Assembly: GCF_036321535.1 (NCBI RefSeq)
Contig: NC_087436.1
Coordinates: forward strand, 103,108,001 to 103,172,000
Reading direction: 5' to 3'
Length of the DNA: 64,000 nucleotides
From: Camelus dromedarius
Taxonomy: Eukaryota
Made by a program: the position numbers and the translations under genes. The notes below the pieces were generated by a model that searched no databases, was not told where the DNA came from, and saw only the letters and a list, made by a program, of their open reading frames with translations. Positions 12,090 through 24,369 of this stretch are shown here, in pieces. Numbering within the stretch: the first letter of the stretch is position 1; each line of letters starts with the position of its first letter.

Positions 12090-15000
12090 TCTTTCATAAG
12101 ATACAATTTACATATATTGATATTCACAAACTGAGAGTGTGATTTCATGAGTTTTAACAAGGGGATATACCCATGTAATGAATATGGTAACAAGATAAAG
12201 AAAATTTCCCTCAAACCAAAGAGGCTCCTCATATCCTTTAGCAGTCAATCACAATTCTCTCTACCCTTCAACCAAGAAACAACTACAGATTCTTTTTTCA
12301 CTGCAGATTCTTTTTTTTTTTTTTTTTTTACCATAGATTAGTTTTGCCTACTTTAAAACTTCATACAAGGGAAGTCATACCACATGTACTCTCTGTCTGT
12401 TCATCAAAATATCTCTTAGATTTCTACATGTTGTTAAAGAAATTACTGGGTTCCTTTTTACTGTTAAGAAGTACATCATTATAATGAACGTAGAACACGG
12501 TGTGTACCCATTCTCTTGTTAGAATTTCATGTTATTTCAGTTTTGAGATATTATAAATAAATAGTCTGTAAACATTTATGAATACATATTATTTTTATGA
12601 ATATATATTTTTATTTTTCTTGCCTGAGCCCAGAAGAGCATAACTGCTAGGTCAAAGGGCAGCTCTATGTTCAACTTTACAGAAAACTGTTAAATTTTTT
12701 AAAGAATAGTTGTACTATTTTCCACTACAATGTATGAGAATTTAAGTTATTCAACACCCATGCCAATATTTGGCATTAGCAGTCTTTCTAAAAATTTGGT
12801 CATTAAGGTGAAAATATAGTGGCATCATTGTAATTATAACTTGCATTTCCCTGTTGAGTAATGATATGAAAGTCTTTCATTAACTTTTTGTCCATTTATA
12901 AATATAGATATTTATTTAGATATGTTTGTTGGAGACTTTTGCCCATTAATTTATTGAATTATCTGAACTTTAGCTCTTGAGATGTAGAAAATTTTAAAAA
13001 TATATTCTGAATATGTCTGTTATCAGACATATGTTTCCCATTTGTGGCTTGCATACTAATTTTCTTAATGGTGTCTTTTAACGATCAGAAATTTCTAATG
13101 TTGATGAAGTATAATTTGTAATGTTTTGCAGTACTTGTTTTATGCTGTCTGAGGATTCTTCTTTTATCATTGGGCCATTTGTTATCATTTAAACTTTGTA
13201 GTTTTAACGTTTATAGTTAGGTCAGGTCATGATTCATTTTGAATTGCTTGTGTGTGATGTTAAATATAAATTAAAGTTGAATTTTTCCATGTAAATATCC
13301 ACTTGTTTCAGCAAAGTTTGTTGAAAAGTTTTTGCATTTCCCATTACATTGCTTTGGAACTTTTATTGAAAAATCAATTGAACGTATGTTAGTTTACACG
13401 TATACTCTGTTCCATTGATCTGTTTGTCTATACTTATTCCACTACCAGAGTGTCTATAGTGTCACTGTAAGCTGTGAAATCTGGTGGTATAAAGCTTCTA
13501 ACTATGTTCTACTTTTTCAGGATTGTTTTGACTATTTTAATTATTTCACATTTATTAATTTTAGTATAATCTTAACATTTTCCACCAAAAGCTTTTGCTA
13601 AGATATTAATTTAGATTTTTTGGACTCCCCAGATTGTTTTGGGAGAATCATTTTTTAATAACACTGAGTGTTTCAGTATCTCAATAATGAGACCACGCTT
13701 CTTCACTTATTTGGTCTTCTTTTAATCAGTCTCAGAAATATTTCGTGGTTCTCAGAATACATGTCATGCTTTACCTGTTGTTAAAATTATTCCTAAGTAT
13801 TTCAGGGTTTTTTGATGCTTTTGAAAATGGACATTTTTATTTCATTTTCTAGTTGTTTAGCACTAGAATACAAAAATACAGTTGATTCTTATTATAGACC
13901 TCATGTCCTGGAAGCTTGTTAAATCCACTTCTTAGAACTACTAGAAGTTTTGTTTGTTTTGGCAGATTCCTTAGGATTTTTCCACATTAAAAAAAATATT
14001 TCCCAAGAATACTGACAGTTTGACTTATTTCTTCCCAATCTTTATGCTGTTTATTTCTTTTTCTTGCTTTCTTGCACTAACTAGGACATCCAGTGCAATG
14101 CTGAAGGTTAGTTGTGAAAAGTGACACCCATGCATTTTTCCTAATCTAGAGGGAAAGCATTCAGTCCTTCACACTTACATATGATGTTATGTGTAGGACT
14201 CATCATAGACATTCTTTATTAGATTGAGGGGGTACTAGTCTATGTGTACTTAACTTATCAATTTTATCACAAATGGAAGATCATTGGGTTGAGTTGTTCA
14301 TATGGTTTATTCCTTTATTCTGTTAATATGGCTAATTAATTGAACTGGTTTTAAATGTTTCACTAGCTTTGAATTCCAGAGATATATTGCTGAATTAAAT
14401 TTATGATGTCTATATTTGTGTGGAATAATAGCGTATCATTTTTTTTTCTTTCAATGTCTTCATAAGTGACATCAGGGAAATACAGGGTTTATAAAACAAA
14501 TTGGTAAGTCTTTTCTTCTTTTTCTTTATAATTTGTAGCCACATTTCAGAAGAATTAATGTCCTCATGATATCATGTTACTCTATACATGAAAACAGGTT
14601 CTCCATTAATTTAGGTGCTATACATTTTAATATACATTTATTGAACTTTTTATAACATCCAGCATACCTTTTGTTAGACTTAATTTCAATTATTTGATCA
14701 CTATTTTCTGATGTACGTTAAACAGTCACTTAAATTATTTTTAATTTTTTGTTGCTGATACAAAGAAATTCACTTGAATTTTTAATATTATCATGTTCTG
14801 CTATCTAGATAAACTTTACAAATATGTATAATAATGAATCTAAATTTTTTCTAAGTAAATGGTCATATATTATACAAACAATGGTTTCATTCCTTCTTTC
14901 CTAATCTTCATTTATCTAATTCTTTTGCATCATATTATTACTTAGGCTAGGGCCAGCAAAGCACTTGTGGTTTGAAGTTGTGAAAATATGCTTCCTTATA

Positions 15001-16050
15001 TATTTCTTAATTTTAAATGGGAAGTTCTCTACATTGACCCATTAAGAATAATATTTGTCAATATTTACATATAACATTCACTTCATAAATGTTCCCTCCT
15101 ATTTCTAATGTACTGAGCATTTTTATCATAAACTTATGATTTATTTAAATAATCATGTGTTTTTCTTTTAATTTGTTAATGTTAGAATTAAATTCATAGA
15201 TTTTTAAGTATGAAATTTTTTGTATATACAGGATAAAAATTAACATGGTCATGGTATATTATCTGTTTAAATATTATTGGATTTGACTGTATAGCTAGAT
15301 TAAAAAATATAAATTATGATATAGTTAATATTTGAATAAATATTACTCTACTCTCTCCCTATAGACAATGATGCAGTTAAAAAATTTTGATGTAGATCTG
15401 ATCCTTTATTCTTTGAAACTGATATTATGTGTCTCTGGAGAAACTTTATTTTAAAATAATTTTGCTCTTTTCTTGTATATTTTAAAATATCACTGTAACA
15501 CATCTAGATTTAAGTTTTTCTTTATCTCCTCTTTAGCACAATATATGCCTTTCAAATTAAGATATTTCACCTTTATTTCTGGTAAAGGTACCTCAATTAC
15601 GTCTTCAGGTATTTCCTCCACTATATTTTGGATGAACTTTTTGTGGATGCCTTTGAATTTAGTTACATTCAGAACGGAGTATTTAATTTTAAATGCTTGA
15701 TATTATTGAGACCTCACTGGAGTCTAGTGTCTAATGAAATACATAAGCATTCCAAGAATTTTAAAGTATGTGTGTTCTCTAATTATTGGGTATTGATTTT
15801 TAGATCTGAGGTGACAACTGTGTATTTCAAAACATCTATGTTCATACTGCTTTTAAAAATCTGGTTGATTTACAAATTACTGAGAGAGTTGATCATCCTC
15901 CACTGGATCTACTGATTTGTAACTCTTGTTTTGTAGCAATTTTATATACATATTTTTTAGTATATTCCATTTTAAAATGTGTGTGTGTATATATATACAC
16001 CTGGTAAATTTCACATGTAGAAAAAAGTAGTATTTTATTATAATATTGCA
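12090..16050 (-). mobile_element. Old L1 (L1ME-type) 3' UTR and ORF2 remnants, probably more than one element
   Basis: Long T-rich antisense L1 sequence, e.g. ttgcatttccctgttgagtaatgat, ctctgttccattgatctgtttgtctat, tttatttctttttcttgctttcttgcactaactaggacatccagtgcaatg, gagggaaagcattcagtccttcac. Confidence 0.8.
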
Positions 16051-17574
16051 TTTTGCTCTGTAGTCTATTCTCTGATGTACATTTTTAGAGCAACTCTATT
16101 ATTTAGTACTTGCCATGTTATAAGCATTCTGATAAGCCTCTTAATACAGGGGTGAAATCCATGGTCCATGTCTTCCAAGAGTCTAAAGTTTAATAAAAAC
16201 ATACACAAAAATTAGTCTTCACATGTGGGTTGTATATGTATGAGTGAAAGACTGAACAAGAAAATAAACGAGACCATAGATACATGCTATTTGCCATCTA
16301 GCAATGTCATGTAATGGGGTCATAAAGATCATAAGCATTTATTGCCATGTGATTGCCAACCTCTTTTATGTGAGATATGTGACGTTGTATTTCAGTAATA
16401 TAGCTCCACTGAATTCAACATCAATATTCAAAAATATACATTGATATGGAAACATATCCTGGTTAGCTTAACGTACCTAGACTTTAAGTATTCAGAATCT
16501 TCTGTGTATGTACAAAACGTGAAAAGATTCATTTTATTCGATTTTAATACGTTAATCTTGGGTTTATTATTCCCTCTTTGATTTTTTGAAGTATCCAAAT
16601 CTTGCTCACAGTGTAGAAATATAAATATGTGATCTTGTATATACACGTACATATTAATAAAGAGCTTGTCTCATCTCAATGGACACACTCAAGGTCATAA
16701 ACACATAACTATTTGTGTGGGATTGTTTTTTTACCAGTTAATCTGAAAAGTCTCTCAAATTAGTAAACTGGAATATCAGCAAAGGAAAAAGTAACTTTTC
16801 AGAGCTCTCATTACAACGAATATAAGATCTCTTATATGTTTTGTCTTTTTCCCAGAACTGATAGGCCCTATAGAGATCTACTATGAAAAAGAGAGCTTAC
16901 TAGTTACTGACATACCCAAGATAAAACAGAAGTCCTACTTAATCCTGTATGTCAAATAAGTATTAAAACAAGGTTCCATTCTGAGTTCACATATGTATGC
17001 AGAAATATCCTTTTTACAAAGAATTTATTGAAGTGTTTTAATTATGAAACACCATGGCATCCAACTACATGCTAAAACAGCAAGTGAAAGACTGAATAAC
17101 TGTCAAGGAATTTTTATATTATGTTATTAACAAAAGAAAAAAAATTCTTAAGAGAAATTCATTAAATTGGATACATACCAAACATTGATAAATTCATAAT
17201 AATCTCACTACCTGTTCATTTTCTTAAAGGAATGAAAATTTATCTCAATGTTCTTTAGTCTAACAGGCAAGAAACAGGCACTTAGAGGACAGAAGGCAAT
17301 TTGAGGTACTAATGATAAGCTGGTTTATTCTTCAGTGTGTTAACTTACATATTCCAAATAAGTGTTTCTGTATATTCATACACAAGTTAAATCTGACATC
17401 TAATAAGACTTCCTCATATGGCCTAACCCAAAAATTACCATAAAAACATATTTTTAATAAATAGAAAACAAGACTATGTAGATAGTAAGTTGTTCCCAAT
17501 TAGGCAATACACATTATTATTTATTTGGCCAATTATAGCTGTGCCCCTGTAGTATTATAATATTAATATATACA

Positions 17575-17671
17575 TTTTTAATTTTTATGTTTTAGTGGAG
17601 GTACTGGGGATTGAACCCAGGATCTGGTGCATGCAAAGCATGCGTCTACCACTGAGCTATACCCACCCCCC
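17575..17671 (-). mobile_element. tRNA-derived SINE (camelid Vic-1-like)
   Basis: Reverse complement reads ggggggtgggtatagctcagtggtagacgcatgctttgcatgcaccagatcctgggttcaatccccagtacctccac plus an A-rich tail, with A and B boxes. Near-identical flanks aatatatacatttttaat / aaaatatacatattttaat suggest a TSD. Confidence 0.85.
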
Positions 17672-20414
17672 AAAATATACATATTTTAATAACATTTTCT
17701 TGACCTATTTCCTTTTTGATGTATACGACTTTTTCCTGTCCTTCATTAACTACCTCATTTACCTCTAAATCCAGGTAAAATTCAGCGTATTCCACAGTGT
17801 ATCATTTTCTGTCCAATTCTTTTCTTTTTTGTAAGCTAAAAGTAATTTCCTATTTCTGTAATTTTTTGAAAGCTATTTTGTCATAATTCTTACAAACTTC
17901 AACCAAGATCTGGTGTTGACCTTTTGGATTTACTAAGCAGACAGACAGCTCCTTGAGAGCAAGCACAGGTCTGATTTATTATTAAAGTCACAGGTATGCA
18001 GGAACCAAAACCTCACAATGGGCCATTAGGAGACCCCGAAAGGATCACGGCTTTGGGTCACAAAGGAAAATGTAGACAGTAGCACTGTGTAAGCGACAGC
18101 AGGAGTTCACACAGACTGGTTGTTCAGAAATGTATGCCTTTCATTCACAGTGAGCTAGCAGTCAAAATGATTCAGCTACTGCTGCTAGAAAATCCTCAAA
18201 TTATGATTAACAGTCAAGTTCTACCAAATATAATTTCCTCCCAGAAATCATGATATATTATTTTCTTTTCCAAAAGAAGAAAGCTTTCCTCATGACAGAA
18301 CAAAAGGGAACTACGACTCTTAAAGCCTGATTTCAAAAGGGTAATTTTAGTTGAGAAAGAAAAGTGCATGATCCAGTAAAAATTTATCATAATAATGATT
18401 TTTTCCAGATTTTAAGATCCAATACGTATATACATACAGAAATATAGATTCTTCCTTGCCTTTTTTGATTACAAATTTAAGATTGTGATTTATAATAAAC
18501 TCTACTTTCTTTGAGAATCTAAATATGTAGTCCAAAAATATACTACATTTAATTAAACTTCTCTGCCTAATTAGTAGAAAATGGTACTCTAAGGGATTAA
18601 CTAGTGGGAATTCCCATTTTTTAACATATTTGTAAAATTTCACAGAATAGGTAACTTACACATCAGTGAAGATGTAAAACTCCCCATTTCAAAGCTCAAT
18701 AACCCCAACTATTCCTTTTGGGGTAAAATTAACAATAAAATTGTTTTTTGCATTAAGTGCTCAAGGTATGTTAGCCCATAACTGTCAATGTTTCAATCTA
18801 TTTACAGGAGTATATATTCTTTCTTTAGAGAATGAATACCCTTTGTTTGAAGATGATGTCTATTGATAGTATTTTCAACACAGTACTCTTTATTTTCAAA
18901 AACATATTCAAACCAAACACTCATGTCTGATGAATGCAAAACTGACAGGCAGAAGACCAGTCTAACACATGACTTCATATAAATTATCAAAAAAAAAAAA
19001 AAGAATCCTTTTCTTTCACCAGCTTCAGAGAATAATGCCATCATATGTTTTGAAGAAAGTCTCATATGCAAAGGAAAAGTTGAATTTTAAAGAACTGGTC
19101 ACTGATGCAAAAACCTTTATAAAATTCTGAATTCTGATATTCACATCAAATCATCTGATCTTACCCTATTTGTCTTTTCTGTATCACAGTTAACTAAATG
19201 ATAATAAGCATAGCCAATCAAAGGTGCCTAATAATGACTATGCTGTGCATTCATATTTTTGCAAAGATCTCCTTTGCTTTTCCACACAATTTCTCAGAAG
19301 ACCCCAAAATAAAATTTAAGTTTACTCACTGAAGATTTTGATTAAAAGAAAACATTATTTTGAAATGTGACAAAGAGATAAGAGATTCAACATCAAGTTG
19401 AAGTAGTAATGTCCTATTCTTAGGAAGTCTGGAAAGAATAGCTCGTTTAAGTTTTGCAACACTTTGAAAGTAGCTGCAAACTGATGTTGAGTACATTAAA
19501 AAACAATAGTGTAGATCCTTCAAGATTTAAATAATATACTTGAAAAACTGGGCCTCAAAAAAAATAAGTGATTTCTAACCCATCTCTAAATCAGACTTTC
19601 AAATTTAAAATATTTTACTGAATGGACTCTGACAATACTTTTCAAGCTCAGAGAGACATGATATTAACTAGTTAAGTATTTCATATAATCTAAGAATAAG
19701 TAATTTATAGTAGGGACACTTTCTAATTTCCTGTGAATAAGCTATACAAAGAACTCCTACAATGAAATTTGGGTACTAAATCTGTTACTTGTGTCATCTC
19801 ATTTGACTGCATAGAGATTTTTTTTTTAAATTTCACGTGTATTTGATCGTGTCCAAAATAGGTGACATTGCCGATTGGCAAGATTCAAAAATGAATCTGA
19901 TTATCTTTAAATTTTCCTTTAAGATCACCAAATTAATTTTAAAACATTGTTTATTTCATTGCAATTTAAAAAAATAATTTCTGAAATATAATGCAAACGT
20001 GACTAAATAAATTATGTACAGCTTCTTTTAATATTTATCTATCTTCACCTATATTTGATACCAGTTTTCCTGCTTTGCTTTCAGAGGAACAATGTCTTAT
20101 TCCCTTTCCTCCCTTCTTTCCTTCATTTCTTAGTAAGGCCAAACAAACAAACAAAAAATGACCTTATTATATAAAACTTGTCATTATTTCTGCCACTAAT
20201 TTTATAATTCAGAAAGTTTCAACACAGATCCACATACACAGTTCCTAACATCAAGTTTCTATCATTAGAATTATGTTTGAGTCATGAAGTTCCACTGTGG
20301 GTTTGTGTGCTTTGTAAAGTAGGCTTTGTTATACCACCCTAAGTTCTCAGTCGTATCTCTTGTAGGAAAGAGTTCATGTGGAAGTGGAGCATCTAGAAGT
20401 TGATTTTTCTTAAC

Positions 20415-20623
20415 CAGCGGTTCTAGATGTGAGACAACTTTGTCTCCCTCCCAAGGCACATTTGGAAATACAGGGAGAGATTTTTGGGAGTCACAGTTTG
20501 AGAAGCATTGCTACTGGACTCTAGTGGGTAGAGACCAGGGACTTGCTAAATAATAAGACAGTCCCTTTCAACAAAGAATAATGCAGCCCAAAATGTCAAT
20601 AGGGCTGAGATCCAAAAGCCCTG
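20415..20623 (+). mobile_element. MER20 hAT-Charlie DNA transposon
   Basis: cagcggttct...gctactggactctagtgggtagagaccaggga...caacaaagaataatgcagcccaaaatgtcaatag...ccctg closely follows the MER20 consensus end to end. Confidence 0.85.
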
Positions 20624-21570
20624 TTATAAATCTATGCCCTTGAGAAGTTTTCATTTATGGACTCGGAGTCCATAAATCTCATTTTGAACACTTAGCTGGG
20701 CTACTCTACCATTTTTGTTTTCAACAGTTCATTGACTTCTGTTTGAGGGTGAAGGGCAAATACTTGCATTACCTAGCATCATTTCTTCAGATGGAAAAGA
20801 AAGATTGATATAGGAGAAGTAAAAGTTTGACACAAGACATACACACCTACACATACACTTGCATGTGTACCAAATGTGGTACATACTTGGAGTAATCATG
20901 CTTTGCCTGCATAGGAGGTATTGAAACAAAAAGAGTAATTCTTCAGTGCCCAAGGATGTAACTGCAATATCTCACCTGGATCTACCCCTTCCCACACCTG
21001 TTCTTCTTTCCTTCCTTCGCTTTCATCTTCATGATCCAACCTCTCATATCACAGTGCATTTTTTCTGAGTCCCATTGACTGGTTGGGGGAGTTTAATTTT
21101 TGCTTCTCAGTTTTATATGAATATATGCATATAAAAGGCATAAGTACATTTTAATATGCATATAACATTAAATAATGACAAGATTTCACATTAACTTTAC
21201 ATTAAAGGAGACTTCTAGGGGTACAATGCTTTGATTAAAAAAAAAAAGAGATTTTAGTGAAGAGAATTTCAGGTAATGTGGTAAGCCAGTAGAGAAAATA
21301 AATTGGTGCAGAAGGCACTTCTACATTCCCATCAGTAAGAATCTGTCTCTGACATGAAAGGTACATTAGATGATTTTAGTGGAAAAAAATGTTACTTACA
21401 TCTTTTTGAGAAGTTAAAGTGGACTATAACATCTGTTAAGTCCCAAGTCTGCTCGAAGCTATTTACATGAGTGGGGTATTTGAGATAAATTGGAGAGAAG
21501 AATAAATTATTAATGTGGCTTCTGCTGTTCTTTAAAGGAAATAATTCAGTTCTAACTTCAGCTCTTTAGA

Positions 21571-21574
21571 ACAT

Positions 21575-21609
<35 letters not shown>

Positions 21610-21617
21610 TGCACACA
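21571..21617. repeat. (CG)4(CA)n alternating purine-pyrimidine tract
   Basis: 47 nt of uninterrupted RY alternation. Confidence 0.95.
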
Positions 21618-22654
21618 AACACAAATCCTTTAACATTCCAACAAGGAGTTTAAGGGAAGGATTTGCTCAAAAACAAACAAACAAACAAAATAGCATAAAG
21701 ATTTTGGCATAAAATAAGTAAAAGAATCCATTCTAATTGCATATTTCTTATATTACCTCAAATACTTTTCTTATCACAGGCTAATTTTTATTGCATATTA
21801 TTTTAGAGTTACTGATATATTTTAAAAGTCTACATTACAAACGTAAGTCCTATTAAGGTTAACAGAGGTTATGCATTTAGTTCAAAAAGACATATATCTC
21901 ATTTGCTATTTATTAGAAAATCTTGGATGCACCATGGAACACATCAAAAGGAAAAGTGTCCACGGTGAAATGTCATTTATTTTTATATAGCAACATAAAC
22001 ACTGTGTAAGGTAAAATGCTTTTTAGAAATGTTAATCATAAGCAAAAAGAAAAAAAGAGGTGAAATTTTATAGTAATATTAAGAAGCCAGTACTGGGCAA
22101 TTCTGCATCCTAACATAATCATAATAAAATTAAAAACTAGGGAAGTTTTTTCGAGATTTGGAGTCTAGGGGAGCCTTTCACTTTGTTAAATCCAATATTC
22201 TCTTCTATTTCTTCCAAATTCAGTGCCATTCTGTAGTTATTATGGTCTTAAGTAGAGTGAAAAAAAAAAAACTCAGCTTACTTCTTAGAATATTTTTCTT
22301 TAAAAAATTCCAGTGACAGTATTAAAGAATTGTCCAAGCACTGGTTGTGCTGTAGGTGACTCTAATTTTGTTAGGAATTGACCCCAATCTCATACTCAGA
22401 TGATTTAAATAGCTGATGTGGCAGCAAAGTGGTAAATATACGAAACAGGAGAGCTCCACATTTCCAACCAAATTAATACAACTGCATTTCAATTTCCATA
22501 AGTTAACAAAAAGTAAATCAGGTTTTAAATTATTATTTGCTCTGATAACATTCCGTGTGAACAACCTCATTGACAAGAATGCAAAACTGTACCTATTAAA
22601 TATTCAGAAACCTAATATACATCTATATAATACACAGACTCAAATAAGACATGT

Positions 22655-23500
22655 AATTATAAAGCCTCTCCCCTGGTTTACAGTACTTTTGCATTCTACT
22701 GCAACTGGAATAAAAGACAAACTTCTCAGCATTGGCTGTGAGGCCTTCCATGGCCTGGTCTCCGGCTAATCCTCCAGTCTCGGGGCTCACAAATCCTGGG
22801 GCTCTCTCACAAACTCATCCCGGCCTTTTCTCTGAGCCCCTCTGATTCGTGGCCTTGGAGACCTTTCATTGACAATAACCAGCTCCCATGCCTGTGATCA
22901 TCTACTCTTAAACCCTCAATGAAGTATCTCCCATAGCTCTAAATCCCTTGACCCTCTTACATTTTCTTCATGGCTCCTACATATGCCTATAAATACTTAT
23001 GCTATTTTATCTTTATTTATTTCTTTATTGTCTGTTCTTCCACTAGCTTCTTTCATCTTTTGGGTGCTTTTGGTTAGCTTTTGCTTCCTTTTATAGCGTG
23101 GGCATTTCCTTGGCCAAAGGTGGATTTTCTCTTACCTATCTTGGTTCCTGAGGTCTTTTAAAATTCTCAACATAAAGAGAGGTGTGCAGTTTAAGCTAAT
23201 CTGTATCTAAATAGATCTTTGCAAGAATTCATGTTCCAAGGTATTTATTTGACACTTGATTCTATACATACCTGTGCATTCATGTCTGTCTCCATCTATA
23301 AGAAAGCAGGAGAGTATTTTAATTTTGTGTCTAGGTTTGTGTGAACAAGCAAGAAATAAACCTGTTTTGTTTAAAAAAAAAAAAACAGGCAAGAGAGTAG
23401 AGTTTTGGGTTTCTTGCTCACAATTGTATTCTTGGCACCTATAATAGTGTAGGCACACTAGGAACTTAATGAATACTTAAAAAATTTAATGAATCAATCA
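22655..23500 (+). mobile_element. L2 LINE 3' region, split by an insert at 23047-23385
   Basis: ggaataaaagacaaacttctcagcattggctgtgaggccttccatggcctgg...ttattgtctgttcttccactag, then resuming gagagtagagttttggg...ggcacactaggaacttaatgaatac...aatgaatcaatc. Confidence 0.75.
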
Positions 23501-23615
23501 ATCTAGAAAGCAATTTGGTACGTAAATTCAAATGTGAAATACTGTGCGACAGCTTTTGCTCGTTTGTTTTTGTTGCTGTTGTTACTATGTGTTTGTGTTT
23601 TCGTGTTGTGTGTCT

Positions 23616-23617
<2 letters not shown>

Positions 23618-23646
<29 letters not shown>
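23618..23646. repeat. (TG)n microsatellite
   Basis: Perfect GT run of about 14 units. Confidence 0.95.
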
Positions 23647-24369
23647 ACACTGTAAACGAATTGAGAGCAGTTAAAAAGCAATCTAGCATATTATGAATCT
23701 GGAAAATGTGCTATAAAGAATAATGTAGCAACCAGAAGGGACAATAAAATGACTTTAGACATGGGGACTTGAAATATCACTGGTGCCGGCCCATAAAATC
23801 ACCTGGCAAATCCCACCCTTTATATTTTTCTGTTATTTTTTTAAAAAAATGAATTATAGATATAAACAAAGCAAAATTTCTTCCATGATACCTAGTCTGT
23901 TCAAGCCATTCTACTAACTTTTTTTAAACAACCAAGATTTTGGAAAGAAATTTTTACAACGGTTTCTTATCCCCAGTGTCATTTCTTTTTCTTTTCTTTT
24001 CTTTTTTTCTTCTTCTCATTTTTTCTTTTTTTAACAGTGTGGTTAAACTTACTTTATTATGTCTCTTAAATTATTTGGATGTAATAATTATAAAAAATGA
24101 CCAAGACTTGTTGCTTCTGTTCCTAAAATAACTCTTAAAAATATCTTTCCCTTTCTATTTGTATCACATCTCCAATAATCTTTTTCCTGGACATGTCAAC
24201 AATTCCCTTGTCTTTTCACATCTAGTCTTTACATGGAATAAGTCATCTCTAATAATGTAAAATCTTGAACCAGTATATTACACTCTTGTGTTACATGTGG
24301 GGGAAACGTCTGTTAGCTGGTTTCACATGGTCTATTGATTTCATGATATTTTTATCTATTTTATTTTAC

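Noticed and set aside
18654..18740. Minus-strand micro-exon ending at GTAAGT
   Set aside because: Stop codons in all three frames after the candidate acceptor.
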